From: a virus
Taxonomy: Duplodnaviria; Caudoviricetes
Direction: 5' to 3' (one strand)
Length of the DNA: 26,645 nucleotides
IMG/VR virus record: IMGVR_UViG_3300035164_000153
Span: 1 to 26,645 of that record
Positions 25,089 through 26,645 of this stretch are shown piece after piece. Numbering within the stretch: the stretch's first letter is position 1; the number at the start of each line of letters is the position of its first letter. Position numbers and translations under genes: made by a program. The notes under the pieces were generated by a model, which did no database searches, was not told where the DNA came from, and worked only from the letters and a program-made list of their open reading frames with translations.

Positions 25089-26645
25089 ATGGCAGTTCAT
25101 TACAAACCAGGTTCTGGTTCTTATAATAATTCTACTGTTACTAATGAATATCAACAGGCGGATTATACTGAAAACTTACAAGAAGATGAAGCGGAAGCAC
25201 TACTAAGCAACCCTGAGTTCTTAGAAGATATATATTCGTATTATGGCGAACGTGACGGAAAAAGCTTTTCTGGTCAGCAAGAAGCTGTTGAATACTTTTT
25301 ATCAGACAGACGCTGGAGAAACCTTAATACAGTTTCTATAGGTAAAGATGTTTACGACGCTAAAACTCAAAGCGACGCACAATCCAGACGACTAGCAAGA
25401 ATACAAAAAGCTTACGACGCTATGCCTAACTTTGTCGGCGACAAAGGGCAAGCCGCTCTTAGTATTGCTGGTGCTCTAGCATTTGACCCACTAAACCTTA
25501 TAGGTTTCGGTGCTGGTGGAGCCGCCGCAAGAACCGCAGTTACAGCCGCCAAACTATCTGGAAATCTAACAAGAGGCTTCATGGGAACTGGCATGAGGGC
25601 TGGTATGAAAGCTGGTGCTATCGGTGAAGGTGTAGCTGGTGGTGTTGTTGAAGGCATAGCCGATATCGGAATGCAAAACCGAAACATAGAAATAGGGTTA
25701 CAAGACGAATTTAGCTATGGACGACTTGCTGGTGCAGTAGGATTAGGCACAGCAACTGGCGGAATAATCGGTGGAGGACTTGGTGCTGGAGCCGCTGTTG
25801 GGAAGTTTAGAAACCTTGGTGTTAAAGGCTTTAGACCATTTGATGACTCAAGAATAGTCGGCGACAAAGGCGGTGTTATTGGCAACAGACCAGGAGGTAT
25901 GCAAGCCACCAGAGAAGACATGATGGGAGAGAACTTAGAAGCTATTGCTGAAGAGATGGGCATTAGCGTTGATGCGGCTAGTGAGCTAACTAAGTCGTCC
26001 GTTGGTCGTGGTGAGATTGATGCGGCAATACAAAAATCAAAGACATTACAACAAAAGCTAAGACCAGAGTTGCAAGCATCTGTAGATGTTGACGGAGGCA
26101 CTGGAAGTTTAGAGAACGAAGTCCCTTTTGGTGAAGATGCAAACGACAATCAGTTGTTTGATGATTTGATAGCAGTCAATGAGCAAGACATTGCTAACAA
26201 ATTAGAAGAACTAAACGGACAAAGATTTCCTGAAGGAAACTCTAGTCAAAGAGTAGATGAAGGCGGCGTTTTAGATACGACGAACAGAAATTTTGATTCA
26301 GACCCAGAAATACAACGTGCAAAAAAATCTATACAAAAACTTAAATGGTTAAAAGAGTGGCGTAAGACTCGCAGACCAGCACTTGTAAAAGCAAGGGAAG
26401 AACTCTTAGCTAAGATGAGTCCTGAAGAAGCTGGCTCTGGAACACCTGACGCTAGGATTTCAAAGATTGATGATGCGATAGAAAGAGGCGACAGAACTCA
26501 TTCTGAGTTTACGACGTTTATGCGTAACCAAACTCAGAAGCAAGACCCTCTCTTGCTTGAGCATATGGACGATAAAGTAGAAAAGATAGTTGACGACGAA
26601 GTTCTAAACTTAACAGATGACCGAAACATAATGGGTCTTCTGGAA
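25089..26645 (+). CDS. Large putative ejection protein, 3'-truncated by the window (MAVHYKPGSGSY...)
   Basis: Manual translation from ATG 25089 (GGAG RBS). Contains FDPLNLIGFGAGG and long Gly/Ala-rich membrane-like segments. Absent from the ORF track, consistent with having no stop in the window. Confidence 0.8.
   Translation, partial: MAVHYKPGSGSYNNSTVTNEYQQADYTENLQEDEAEALLSNPEFLEDIYSYYGERDGKSFSGQQEAVEYFLSDRRWRNLNTVSIGKDVYDAKTQSDAQSRRLARIQKAYDAMPNFVGDKGQAALSIAGALAFDPLNLIGFGAGGAAARTAVTAAKLSGNLTRGFMGTGMRAGMKAGAIGEGVAGGVVEGIADIGMQNRNIEIGLQDEFSYGRLAGAVGLGTATGGIIGGGLGAGAAVGKFRNLGVKGFRPFDDSRIVGDKGGVIGNRPGGMQATREDMMGENLEAIAEEMGISVDAASELTKSSVGRGEIDAAIQKSKTLQQKLRPELQASVDVDGGTGSLENEVPFGEDANDNQLFDDLIAVNEQDIANKLEELNGQRFPEGNSSQRVDEGGVLDTTNRNFDSDPEIQRAKKSIQKLKWLKEWRKTRRPALVKAREELLAKMSPEEAGSGTPDARISKIDDAIERGDRTHSEFTTFMRNQTQKQDPLLLEHMDDKVEKIVDDEVLNLTDDRNIMGLLE

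Noticed and set aside
810-26149. Numerous - strand and nested alternative-frame ORFs in the track
   Set aside because: They lie opposite or inside well-supported + strand genes, with no recognisable motifs. Hydrophobic ones (e.g. 9095..9385) simply mirror Lys-rich sense codons.
1-26645. CRISPR array, tRNA, intron/intein, integrase or alternative genetic code
   Set aside because: No regularly spaced repeats, cloverleafs or splicing motifs were seen. Genes are intact under the standard code, with TAA, TAG and TGA all used as stops.

Overview
The window is the virion morphogenesis arm of a tailed dsDNA phage with podovirus-like organisation. The protein styles suggest a marine or aquatic phage, but the host cannot be determined from this sequence. 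One partial gene on the - strand (365 to <1) diverges from a ~470-bp palindrome-rich non-coding region. A single tightly coupled + strand gene run follows. It begins with putative TerS, TerL and portal. An inserted ~5-kb block comes next, carrying a fibre-anchor protein, a cupredoxin+RCC1 receptor-binding protein, a membrane protein and six tiny Lys/Arg-rich proteins, three of them missed by the ORF track. The run continues with scaffold, major capsid, head-tail/tail proteins, a tail fibre, a GNAT acyltransferase among internal/ejection proteins, and a large protein truncated at the right edge. Four signals go beyond standard annotation: (1) a C(UACG)G hairpin with a fixed C-U mismatch and covarying lower stem, found three times in the scaffold and capsid leaders; (2) two proteins immediately after the GNAT gene share an identical MGNSPG N-terminus, and three proteins around it share a C-terminal motif; (3) a GGACGAYT promoter-like motif in four intergenic gaps; (4) a six-gene cassette of protamine-like miniproteins. 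No tRNA, rRNA, CRISPR array, integrase or transposase was seen. Product calls rest on motifs read by eye and on synteny, not on database searches.
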